From Fistulifera solaris (Eukaryota): a stretch of 64,000 bases of DNA. The notes under the pieces were generated by a model, which saw nothing but the letters and a program-made list of their open reading frames with translations, searched no databases and was not told the DNA's origin. Within the stretch, counting starts at the first letter, position 1; every line of letters starts with the position of its first letter. Positions 36,926 through 49,492 of this stretch are shown one piece after another. Where the stretch lies: contig AP026124.1 of the NCBI GenBank assembly GCA_030295235.1, positions 868,001 to 932,000 on the forward strand, in the 5' to 3' direction. The position numbers were made by a program, and so were the translations under genes.

Positions 36926-38950
36926 GGAAAACAGGGGCTCTCCAAGAAGTGACGCGACTCATTCAACAACTGGACGACGTATGGATAGGAGATTGCACGT
37001 CTGTTCGCATGGAAGTAAAGATGGATACATCTTTGAAGCCAAGAATAGTCAAATTGCCAAACTAGATCTGAAAGTCGCACAAACACCAATAATTGCCCAA
37101 TAAAGAAACCGGTGATATTCCAACACAAATAGCATATGATATGGTCCACTACTGAGCAAGACGTATCATTTGACGGTCACGATTGCCATCTGAGCATGTT
37201 GTCGAGTCAAGAGAAGGACAGGCGGCGGACGGTATTAGCCGACTTCCTGCGAAAACCATTCGAGCCATCGATCTCGGTACTATGTTTGGTTGCAAGCTAT
37301 CCGCGGAGACCGAGCTATACAGAACTGACGGCGTTCAAGATGTACCAGCTACAGCCACTGTTTAGGTACTTCATGTTCTATTATACTCATTCAGTTTCCC
37401 AGTAACTTTCTGAAATGCGTTTCCATTTCCTAAAAGTCCCAATTCAATCCCTCTCCAAAACGTCCAAATTCCATTTGTACTTTCGCGTTGAACGAGTTTC
37501 TGCAGCCAAAGCAACGACACAGAGTTCACAACGAAACCCGTCGCGTCGGCCTTTGCTTCCAGCGATGCTCTTCAAGCCAAAACGACGACACAAAAACCAA
37601 AGCCAAGCCCACCGCTTCTACTTTCGCTTCATATGGTGCTTCTTGCAGGCAAAGCAACAACAAAAAAGTTTACGTCGAAACCAGTTTCACTTCCAGTAAT
37701 GGTTCTGCGGCCAAAACGACGACACGAGTTCAAATCGAAACCCGCCGCTTCTGCCTTCGCTTCCGACGATGCTTCTGCAGCCGAGACGACGACACAAAAA
37801 TCCAATCGAAACCCGTCGTTGGATGCGAGACAATACCGCACATCCAGTTGCAATGGCTGCAGTTATAGTAGGGTTTCGTCGTGCCAACAGTCCGCTCAAC
37901 GCGTAAGCCACAAAGCAGCTGCTTTTACACAGCTGAGAGTCCGAAGAATTTGATCTCTTTCATCGCTGCTCTAAAACCTAGTAGAAGGGGGCCAGAAGTT
38001 GTTCATCACCTCCCTGTTCCGATGTCGTTATATCTATGACTATAACGTTGAAGATGCGAGAAAAAATTTCCCCACAACATCATCTCGCTGCCCATACTAA
38101 ATCTTCAAGGGTCCTTATTCCCTCGCTGGTTCGGCTAGATCACCAAAAGCGTCAACCTCCAATTTCGACTGCTCCTGTCTCAACAGAATTTTGTCGGCGT
38201 AGCCATGTTTAGCTAGTTTACATACTCGATCATGCGATCGTAAGGAGATTGTTAGCAGGGTGTGAAGTCCAATTTCATTTTCAATGCACCGAGAGCTTTT
38301 ATTGGATTCCGAGAAAAGGAAGGCGGTGAGAAAGAACTTTTAAAAGTCAAGATGGTGTCGTTCCCACCCTCTCGGCCGGCTATTTATCAAAAATCATCAG
38401 ACCGGCAACGAATTGCAACACTTAGCATGGTAGCTCTACCTCGCATTTACAGCTTTGACAGGCCAGAATATGACATTCGATTGAAAAAGTGACGATGGAT
38501 GTCTATTGTAATGTGCAATAATTGCACTATCGCGAGCCGTCGCGTGACGATTATCGATTTTGAAATGTCATAATACTCAGTAAAAAGATATCGAGCGCCT
38601 TTTGCGGGACCCGACATACCCAGAATGCCATTAGTAGAAGGAGTAACAAAGACCATGTAAGAAATGACACGATTACATAGCAAATCCTTCTAAAGGTCAC
38701 TCCATAACAACAAATGGGCCAAAATTTGATGAGCAAATACCTTGCATTTTGGCCTTTATTAGACAGTAGGTCTAATTTGTGGTTATTGCTTAGTGTAAGC
38801 TTAAGATGTAGGCTTGTCTCGTAGTGTTATCGAAACGGCATTGGGTGTCGCAGTGTGTTTACAAAATTTCGTCAGTAGGGTAGATGGACAGACTGGACCC
38901 TTTTCTAGTGTTCGTGAATAAAAAGCATCAATTCATTTCCCGGGACACGC
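36926..38950 (+). repeat. Left arm of a ~2.0-kb inverted repeat
   Basis: Runs GGAAAACAGGGG...TTTCCCGGGACACGC and is the reverse complement of 41657-43690; the ORF track is mirrored across the two arms. Confidence 0.95.
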
Positions 38951-39183
38951 TTAGCGTTTAGTAAAAAATGATCGTGCAATTGACTTGTGCCTGCCCTCTT
39001 CCCGACAACAATCTCTGACCTTTTGCCATTATTTTATCGTTACAATTCAAAACGTGTTTGGATTGAAATAAAGGTTCAGAATCTTGTTAAGGAGTGTTAC
39101 ACGTTCACAAAGGGCCCTTTCCTTTTTCGCACACCGCAAATCGTGCAGCAATATCAGTGTGTTTTGTGACAAGACAAAGAAGG

Positions 39184-40207
39184 ATGAAACGAATTTTCTT
39201 CACAAACGTATGCCTTTGCTATTTTTTACTCTGTCTTGAGCCATCACTCGCTCGAGATTCCATCTACACTGTCACTGATGCGAGCACACGGCAGCCGTGG
39301 CGGCGCTCTCCTTCGTATCGACGGTCGTTACGAAAGTCGCAGTATGTGAGCAATTACATGGACTATGAAACATTAAAAAAGGACAAACGTTGTCGGATTT
39401 ACTCGGTTAATTTCAAAACGCGCAATATAGGGAAGTTGTCTTGGACCAGTCGATTGGTGTGGGCAAATGTGCTGGTGTTTTTGCTACAAGCTTGCCGACC
39501 TTCCGTCACTTCGTGGGGCATCAACCTTTCCGATCGCATACGCAGCGGAAGAGAACTGTATCGTACCATCACTCCTGTTTTTCTGCACGGAAGTATATTT
39601 CATTTGGGTACAAACATGGTCTCCCCTGCAACGAACAGGAGGAGATGTGGAAAGATTGTTTGGCGGTGGTCGGTACTTGGCGACTTATTTGGCGGCTGGT
39701 ATTGCGGGCAACATCGTTTCCGCCTGGTCGTCTCCCAATCCGTCCTTGGGGGCGAGTGGAGCAGTATTCGGTGTGTTTGGGGCGTATTTCGTCTTTCTTA
39801 ATCGCAATGAATGGCTGTTGGGAGACTTTGGAGCATCCATGACGAATTCGATCACGCAAACCATTGCGGCAAATTTGTTACTCGGCGCTCTCAATCCGGT
39901 TATTGACAACTGGGCGCATTTGGGCGGCGCTCTGGGAGGCGCCGCGATGGCATATTGGTTCGGGCCGCGTTTGTACTTGACCGAGCTACCGGAATCGGGA
40001 AAGCAAATACTTGTCGATCGACCGGTAGTTCGATTGCCGCGTGCGCTAGAACAGCTTCCCGAACGGCTAGGGACATCAGTGAACAGTGTACTAGATAAAT
40101 TACCAGGCCTACCGCATCAATCCGCAAAACCTTGGCGAAGTGGTGATTTTAGAAGGCCAAAGGCCTACATGCCTACTCGATCTCTCAAACCCTTGCCGAT
40201 TGACTAG
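39184..40207 (+). CDS. Rhomboid-family protease with signal peptide
   Basis: YRTITPVFLHGSIFHLGTNM, GASG and DNWAHLGG motifs. One extra C near 39625. Confidence 0.9.
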
Positions 40208-40629
40208 TAATTGTGGTCATGCAACGTGACTGTATCATTTCCCGACCGGCATCATTAATTTTCGACTGATTAATGAATTCTTTACATTAAAGAAGCTACT
40301 AAAAGGAACGAAGAAAAGCGTTTTAAAGGCTATCACGCGTTGGCGATCAACTAGACTATCTGAGCTTATTTATTACTTAACCAAGGACGCCCGTCTCGTT
40401 CGTTTGTGTTCAAAATTAATTGCATTCTGTGTTCGAGTAACGGATATTGCTGATCTTCACTTCTCAGCATTTAGAAACGGTCATCGGGGCATTTTTGTGA
40501 CTACGCAAGCCCAACTAAATAAACGTAGGAGTCATTCTATATCAAATACTCATTGTTCGACGCAGATTGCGGAGGCAAGCATTCAAATGAAAACTATTCC
40601 CTTATTATGACATGGTAAAACTCCATTGA

Positions 40630-41580
40630 TTAGTGTTTGTATTTGATCGATTCTCGATCAAATGCCGTAACGACTCGTTCCAGGCCGGCGCAAAAGTCAT
40701 GATTCGGATATGTTTGTTGCATCTGACCAATAAACTGATCGGCTGGCTTGTTCTGCTGCACCAAGCAACACACCAAATTGATCAAAGTGTCAGGAATGGG
40801 CAGTTCCGGATGATCACGCAGACATTCTTGTAATTTTCCTTCTGCCGCAGCAAAGTCTCCTTGATTCATGAAAGCGCACGCCATGAGATTGAGCAAAAGA
40901 GACGAAGGACCGTACTGTTCCGTGAGCATATTCAAGGAGTGAATCGCATCCTCCGCTCCCGATGCTCCCGTCGCTAGATTGACATAAACGGAACCCAACT
41001 GCGTCAAAATGGCATCTTCATCGGCTTGACGAAGCAACTGCAGTTGTTGCATGGCCAAATCGAGTCGATCCATTTTCAAAAAGATTTGCAAAGCCAACGC
41101 AATGTGTTCCATGGTCGCTCCCAAATGAACCAGACTCAAGGCTTCTTTAGTTTGTCCTGTCGACAAGAGAACTTGCGCGGCCGTCAGCTGTTCAGAAGGT
41201 CCCGCTGTTGCGGCAATGGTGCGAAGCTCATCGAGGGCGTTGGCGTCTTGACTGGCTTCAAAGTTGGCCCGGAGGATCAGTGCGTCGAGTGCTGCAAGAG
41301 TAACGAATACAGACGATTAACAAGGAATATGAGAAACAGAGGATAGAGAAATAATGATTGAAACGCAGCAGTTAAAAAATGACTTACCAGAAGTACCACC
41401 AGAAAGCTTGTCGTATTGACCCAACGCCAAATAAGCCCGATTGAGAATTTCTTCGCGTTCCGCCTTCAACGCCGGGCTCATGGGTCGACGGGCGATAGAT
41501 TTAGCCTCTTCAATGGCTAAATTGTAATGACCCAGCCAATATTGGGCACGTAGGGTGTAAAGATCATCCGGTTCGGTCAT
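40630..41580 (-). CDS. COPE: Coatomer epsilon subunit
   Basis: DDLYTLRAQYWLGHY; intron 41292-41387; LKMDRLDLA..DEDAILTQL; DTLINL. Confidence 0.92.
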
Positions 41581-41656
41581 GGTGGTGTTTTTTGTGTTGT
41601 TGTGCGTTGCAGTCGACAGCGACGAACGTGTACGTAGATTTCCTACTGAACACCAC

Positions 41657-43690
41657 GCGTGTCCCGGGAAATGAATTGACGCTTTTTATTCACGAACACT
41701 AGGAAAGGGTCCAGTCTGTCCATCTACCCTACTGACGGAAATTTTCTAAACACACTGCGACACCCAATGCCGTTTCGATAACACTACGAGACAAGCCTAC
41801 ATTTTAAGCTTACACTAAGAAATATGTACTCCAGTACAAATTACAAAAATGCAAGGTACATTTGCTCATCAAAATATCGCAGGCCCACAAATTTTGGGCC
41901 CATTTGTTGTTATGGAGTGACCTTTAGAAGGATTTGCTATGGATTCGTGTCATTTCTTACATGGTCTTTGTTACTCCTTCTACTAATGGCATTCTGGGTA
42001 TGTCGGGTCCCGCAAAAGGCGCTCGATATCTTTTTACTGAGTATTACTACGTATGACATTTCAAAATCGATAATCGTCACGCGACGGCTCGCGATAGTGC
42101 AATTATTGCACATTACAATAGACATCCATCGTCACTTTTTCAATCGAATGTCATATTCTGGCCTATCGAAACTGTAAATGCGAGGTAGAGCTACCATGCT
42201 AAGTGTTGCAATTTGTTGCCGGTCTGATAATTTTTGATAAATAGCCGGCCGAGAGGGTGGGAACGACACCATCTTGACTTTTAAAAGTTTTTTCTCACTT
42301 TTCTCGGAATCCAATAAAAGCTCTCGGTGCATTGAAAATGAAATTGGACTTCACACCCTGCTAACAATCTCCTTACGATCGCATGATCGAGTATGTAAAC
42401 TAGCTAAACATGGCTACGCCGACAAAATTCTGTTGAGACAGGAGCAGTCGAAATTGGAGGTTGACGCTTTTGGTGATCTAGCCGAACCGGCGACGGAATA
42501 AGGACTCTCGAAGATTTAGTATGGGCAGCGAGATGATGTTGTGGGGAAATTTTTTCTCGCATCTTCAACGTTATAGTCATAGATATAACGACATCGGAAC
42601 AGGGAGGTGATGAACAACTTCTGGCCCCCTTCTACTAGGTTTTAGAGCAGCGATGAAAGAGATCAAATTCTTCGGACTCTCAGCTGTGTAAAAGCAGCTG
42701 CTTTGTGGCTTACGCGTTGAGCGGACTGTTGGCACGACGAAACCCTACTATAACTGCAGCCATTGCAACTGGATGTGCGGTATTGTCTCGCATCCAACGA
42801 CGGGTTTCGATTGGATTTTTGTGTCGTCGTCTCGGCTGCAGAAGCATCGTCGGATGCGAAGGCAGAAGCGGCGGGTTTCGATTTGAACTCGTGTCGTTGT
42901 TTTGGCCGCAGACGCATTACTGGAAGTGAAACTGGTTTCGACGTAAACTCTTTTGTTGTTGCTTTGCCTGCAAGAAGCACCATATGAAGCGAAAGTAGAA
43001 GTGGTGGGCTTGGCTTTGGCTTTTGTGTCGTCGTTTTGGCTTCAAGAGCATCGTTGGAAGCAAAGGCCGACGCGACGGGTTTCGTTGTGAACTCTGTGTC
43101 GTTGCTTTGGCTGCAGAAACTCGTTCAACGCGAAAGTACAAATGGAATTTGGACTTTTTGGAGAGGGATTGAATTGGGACTTTTAGGAAATGGAAACGCA
43201 TTTCAGAAAGTTACTGGGAAACTGAATGAATATAGTTGAACATGAAGTACCTAAACAGTGGCTGTAGCTGGTACATCTTGAACGCCGTCAGTTCTGTATA
43301 GCTCGGTCTCCGCGGATAGCTTGCAACCAAACATAGTACCGAGATCGATAGCTCGAATGGTTTTTGCAGGAAGTCGGCTAATACCGTCCGCCGCCTGTCC
43401 TTCTCTTGACTCGACAACATGCTAAGATGGCAATCGTGACCGTCAAATGATACGTCTTGCTCAGTAGTGGACCATATCATATGCTATTTGTGTTGGAATA
43501 TCACCGGTTTCTTTATTGGGCAATTATTGGTGTTTGTGCGACTTTCAGATCTAGTTTGGCAATTTGACTATTCTTGGCTTCAAAGATGTATCCATCTTTA
43601 CTTCCATGCGAACAGACGTGCAATCTCCTATCCATACGTCGTCCAGTTGTTGAATGAGTCGCGTCACTTCTTGGAGAGCCCCTGTTTTCC
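41657..43690 (-). repeat. Right arm of the ~2.0-kb inverted repeat
   Basis: Reverse complement of 36926-38950, with scattered substitutions and indels. Confidence 0.95.
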
Positions 43691-45395
43691 CCTAAGCTGT
43701 TTACGCTTCAGGTTCTATTCCAATTGGAAGCTATCCTGGCTGAGTGCGCGTCTACCTGTGCGAGAATTGTCAGACGATGCGAGAGAAGAAGCAGAAAAGA
43801 CAAGTTCCATGCGAAAAGTAGAGTCCATTGAAACCGTACCGATGTCCTTCTCCATCGACAGGAACAACTGCTATTTAAGTTGTCCAGATCCAGGAGACCG
43901 GAATGAGGGACATTACCGTCACGTCTGGGTGACAAAACGCGCGCCCCGAGTTGACATTTGATTTCGATGCCAGGGCTTTTCATCCGCTCTTTTTTGTCGG
44001 TGGTAGGACGGTAAAATATGCTTTTGTTTGTTTTATACTTCATTGAAGAAACTGAAGGCTACTTAAGAAGAAATTGAAGTGACCTCCTAGAGCACAACTC
44101 GGATGGAAAGGACATGACGATGATGCGAAGTAAGACGGACTTTTGTCTGTACCTGTTCATGCACTTGGTGGAATAACCGTCATAACAAAGACGTTCGGTG
44201 AAACAGTTATCGGAGGGAGATCGGGTCAGTGGGCCGATAATTCCTTGTTGTGCGAATCGCCGGTATTGTTTTCGAAATTGCACAACAGAGTGCTTCAATC
44301 AGCAGCAACCTGGCAACAAGTGTTCGGGCAGGCATTTTCGCGGAATACATGGCCATCCCATTGTAGTGTCAAACACATTTCCGATACTGTTTGGTTCGTT
44401 CAAGTGGCGTCGCAATACTGTCGATTCAAGGCAGCCTACCGCGCTGTGAAGCAGCAAGGAAGACTACCAACAAGGTGGATCCATAGCGATATTTGGGGCC
44501 GGCGGAGTGGGTCTTTCTTGTGTCATGGTGGCGGCATCGATAAGGAGAAAACAACTTTTGCAATTGATCTGTCGAACGACGCACTCCCCTTGGCAAAGAA
44601 GCTCGGTGTTAGGGTCGAAACCCACAGGCGTGGGCTCTGGACTTGTACGGCCCATCTTCAGCATGTCTTTTTAACGATACGAAGCCGGATATTCTCGTCT
44701 CAGTAAGACTGGTCGCCGGCCTTCTACGTGATGACAGATCGCTTTTTATCCACTCTAGCTTCGGGTCTGCCTCGCGAAACACTAGACAAACCGAAAGCGA
44801 CCCATTGGTAACATCGCTTAGCAAAAGCTTTCGGCGAATCCGTGTCGGCTTCATCTGCCACAGTAAATATATCGTTGCTCAATTTCGTGAACTATCAAGA
44901 GAAAAACTTTGTGAATTGCTGTTTGGTTCGACGACATATCTTTCCAATCGGGCGAATATCTGCAGACACTTAAGCGTCGCATTCACTGTCTTTTCGCGCG
45001 CTAAGGACGAAGCTTATGGAACAATCTCGTCTTGGCATACGCTCGGCGGTTGAAAATGCAACAAAGTTTGAGTCATCCATAAGCTTCTCGCCACTGAGGG
45101 AAGCATCATGGATAAGATGACACACAAGTCATACCGACACGCAACACCCCTTCCTTAGAGGCGCTAGACACCCCTTATTGAGGCATACTTTGTAGCAGAC
45201 GAATTACAATAAACAGCATCAACTTCAATACAGCGTACAACTTAGACCCATCGCAATTGAACCTTCAGTTTTAACCCACAATGATCACGACTCATCATGA
45301 AGTCGTCCATATGAATATAGTCGTTTTATCATCAGGGTCCTCCTTCGGAATATGTGACAGAATGAGGGACCACGACATAGCCGGCATGCGGAACG

Positions 45396-48300
45396 TTAGC
45401 GGGTGCAACAGTCCAGGTTTAACCCATTCGGCGAAGGACAGCAGTCACCAGTTAAGTGCAGGTCTGCGCATCGAGGATGAGACTCGCACGTCACACCAGA
45501 TTGCGATCCATTACTCGAATGCGTTTCATGAACCTTTGAGGCACCAGATGATTCATCTACTTGAGGGAAAGGTTCTGTTTGATTGCTGAAATATACATTT
45601 TTAGTGCCGCTTTTGTCGCCACTGATGGCCACAACGTCGAAATTGGATCTTGTTGCAATCCAATAAAGTACCTGACTCTTGCTCAACGCCGAATCAAGTT
45701 GCGAGCTGATCAAGTCTTGAGCCTCGGTCCAAGCAGTCGAAGCATCGAAAATTGCATGGTTAGAAATCACATATCCCTTCCAAGCCATCTCTGCTCCACT
45801 CGCTTGCGCTTCCAACACATTCCTATACTCATCTCGGACATAGTCTATCGAAAAGAGTTCTCCTGTAACCGCTGTCACTGGAAGAAAGTTGATCATATGC
45901 ACGTAGAGGTCCTTTGTCCCAAACCATGTAGAACAAATAGCGTCCATCATACCCAAATTTCCCACCATGTAGTTCCGGGAAAACTCCTCACTATAAACTT
46001 TTAACGCGGGCGAGCCATTCCTTTTTCCCTGAGACTTTGATGGCGACATCTGCCAATATGTTTTAGCTCCACGTATCTCGGTCGCAAGCAACAAGCGGGT
46101 AAAATCAGTTTCTGGTGATACGTCGGACTCAGGGTTTGCTGCTGCCCCGTGCCTAACAACGGACCACAAGTATGCGCCGTAGTAGCCATTTACAGCTTCA
46201 CTCGAGCTTTCTTGGGACTTTCCGTTGCCAAACGGAAACAATCCCGACGCAAACGAATGGCCGTCAAACCACGACTTGTGTCTTGCAGCAGGAAAAAGAC
46301 TCCATCAACAACCTTTGAATCTAAGTTGGTATTATGGGCAATATCATAGAAGATGGTGTCGACCTCGTTTCCGAATCTCTCAACAAATGTGCTGTTGAGG
46401 CTCCCCAATACCGCGCAAGCATACAAAAGATAACCATAATGGAAATGATGGTCATTGTATCTACGCAATGAAATGGAATTGAGATACAAGTCAGTTTGTC
46501 ATATGGTATGCTGATCGAACTTCTTGTGGACTTACCTTCCGTTTCCAAAATCTGCGTGAGAATCCAGCAAACCGTTGGAAGTCACCAAGCCTCCGAGGTT
46601 GGCATCAAAAACTAAACCATCCGTAACTCGATTTGTGAGGACTCGTTCCAGTATATTCGAGAGAAAATGGGCCGCTTGCTGCAGTATACCCGCCAAGTTT
46701 TCCTCCTGTATGCCATCAACAGCATTGTCGTCATCCTTTTCTTTTAGTAACACATTTGCAATATGAGCAAGCTGAGCAAGTCTAGCACTCTGTTTCCCGA
46801 ACCCATAAATATCTTCAGACACTGTTGGCAAAGATAATTTGATGTCTTCATAAAGACTCCGTACGATTTGCTGTCGAACAAACGGATCGTGCAAAGCTTC
46901 CGTCGTGCTTGATCCACTGTCCCCATCGAAACCTAAACTGGGAAGTACTTCATCGTACATCCACGTAGAGCCAACGACGGGTGACATGGGTCCTTTGATC
47001 GTTTTGTATGAGAGTTCAAATTCGTCATTCGCTAGTTTTACCAACTTCGGCAGACTATCTGCGTGATGAGGTAGTGCCAACATTAGCAACGGAAGGGAAC
47101 TCGTTGAACTACTAGACGCGGAGAAAGTCTCTGTCGAATATTTAAAGCGAATGGTTCCAAGACGCTTCGTTTTCAGAGACGAAGGAGCACTAGTTATCCC
47201 TGAAACGACTTTTGTTATCTTGTCAATACTCCCGATACTCTTTGTGTTCAAGTTGTGAGAAACGTCAGTTGTTGAAGCAGGTCGGAAGGTCCAACTGACT
47301 TGTCCTCCAGTTGGGTAAACTCCTGCGTGATAGACAAGCCTCTGAAGAGCCTTAGAAGACATTACATTCAAGTCCGACAAACTGGGCTGTGACTCGGTGA
47401 CATTCTGTCTTTCAGCGGGTGGTACATAAGCGAACCGTAAAACCCCGCTAAAGCTATGTTGGGCTTCAATAGATACCTTTTGAACTCTATCGAATGTCAA
47501 AGACAGTGATTCTGATGCGAATGCAAACCAATACTTGTTGTCTGTCGTCTGTACGACAAATTGGGTGCCCGTAATGATGTCTATTTTTTCATCCTCGCTC
47601 CTCTCGGAACTACACACGCTTGATAGTAAGTTCCGTCTTCCATTAAAGTCTATGTCTCCGTCTTCGTCGCGCGGACAAAACACATCAGCGATTCCGGGAA
47701 ACGCTCGGATAGCTGGCATTGAGTTTTTGTATTTGATTGTAATGTAGGGACTGCCCTGTACCAAATACGTTTCCCAAAATCCGCCCGACATCGTGCCATA
47801 TTTAAGAGTCACACTCAGTGCATCGAACTGTTCGATGTGCCGGCTCATCGTACCTTCTCGGCAAGCAAATGCCAAATCTGGAATAGCATAGTCATGAATT
47901 GATTTTGCGTCCTCTTGTCGATGACCAGCGGGATAAGACACCTGGAAGACATCATCAGACCATGTGTACGCATATGGATACACTGCCGTCGGATACGAAA
48001 GACCGTGATCGGCGGTTACAGGCAAAACAAGATTTACCCAGAATGCTCCGGTTGGAAATGGAAATGTAAATTCGCGGAAGGGGTCCCTTCCTTTGTAATG
48101 AAATCTCGGATGAAAAAGATTCTTTTGTAAAAAAGCAGAAACAGGGTCGCCCGCGTCAGCTCGATTCACGGAAGGGAAAGGCATCATGTACGCAGCCGGT
48201 GAGCTGTGAGATACCAGGAAAGACCCCGACTTGCTGAAGTGCAACACGGTAACAGAAACGGCAAATAGCAACATGGATACTCCGCCGACCCACAGAGATA

Positions 48301-48643
48301 TGTACGCCGTCGCATTTCGTTTCAATGGCGCAAAGGATATCATTCCGAATAAACAACGTTGACGATGACGATCTCCATTTGCATTTTCGTTCACCAATGG
48401 CTGAATCTCGTCACCTTTCAATAGTAATACGTGCGGTATATCCATGGAGTCGTTGACGGCAAGATCTTCGTCTTGTTCATTGTCGGTTGTTACAATTGAT
48501 TCTCCGACTAAAGAGTCTTGGTCGGCGCCTGTAGGGACTGTGCCGTTGCCGTTTGTTCTATTATCGACATAATCAGTACTGCCGTAAAAATAGAAATACT
48601 GAGGCTTTTCTTTACGCTTGACGCCGAGTTGTTCCTGTGCCAT
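45396..48643 (-). CDS. GH81 endo-1,3-beta-glucanase, membrane-anchored, with Cys-rich C-terminus
   Basis: FPTGAFWVN, LVQGSPYIT, DFGNGR|YNDHHFHYGY, RHKSWFDGHSFASG and QESSSEAVNGYY motifs. Intron 46461-46535; indel near 46290. Confidence 0.92.
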
Positions 48644-49492
48644 GGCTCAATTGAATGAAGAAATGCTCGTGCGAACAGTCTAAGAAAAATGACAAAATAT
48701 GCCTTTTGCCAATCTTATTTTAAACCAGCCTTGCCACGCCTCCATACGCTTGCGATTTCGCCTCTCAATAGTTGCTGCAATACCAAGTAATTGTTGTCTT
48801 TTGCCTTTGCCCTGATTTGCTTTTTCAGGTAACCTTACACCGTCATGAAAACAAACAACGGTGAGCGGAACAAAAAAATTAAGCGTGTCTGAAACTTTCG
48901 TGCTGATGCCTATTTTCGAGTATCTCGTAATGTGTAGCGAGTGACGAATGAGTTTTTTCGCCACTCGTCGCTCGGCATTACCGAAGAAAAAGAGAGCACA
49001 AGTTTGGGTCAGTATTCGGGACTTATCTATTTTAGAATTACAAATAATGGAGGCGCTTCCGTGCTGATGTTCATTGGTATCGTTCTAGGAGTAATTTAGA
49101 TCTACGCCACTTGCTTTAGTCTCGCTCGGAAGAATATTGGTTCATGACTGAAATGCAGTCGTGGCGCTGTTCCACACACAGAATCTATAGTAAATACTGA
49201 ACTCAACGATGTCGACATGAAAGAATCAATGCGTGCATTAGAAAGGAAGCTAGGTGTAGTCGGATCGTGTTTAAAACTTATGAAACTAACAAGCTGGCAC
49301 AAAGAGCGGAGGTTAGGTGGGAGTCTGTCTCGGAAAAACTAGACTCATGACTGAAATTCAATCGTGGTAAAGTTGATACAACACAATAGGCATATTATTG
49401 CAAAAGTGAAAGACAATGAACCCCAAGGCATTCGACGCAAAGACAATAGTATCAATGCGTAAAACACAAACATTAATATATCTTTCGCCGTT

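Noticed and set aside
36916..36940. Helitron 3' terminus (hairpin + CTAG) at the outer end of the left arm
   Set aside because: The imperfect hairpin contains the CTAG instead of preceding it, and the right arm does not reproduce it.
36926..43690. Protein-coding genes or a transposase within the inverted-repeat arms
   Set aside because: Only short overlapping ORFs, several differing between the arms, with no recognisable DDE/HUH/RT motif.
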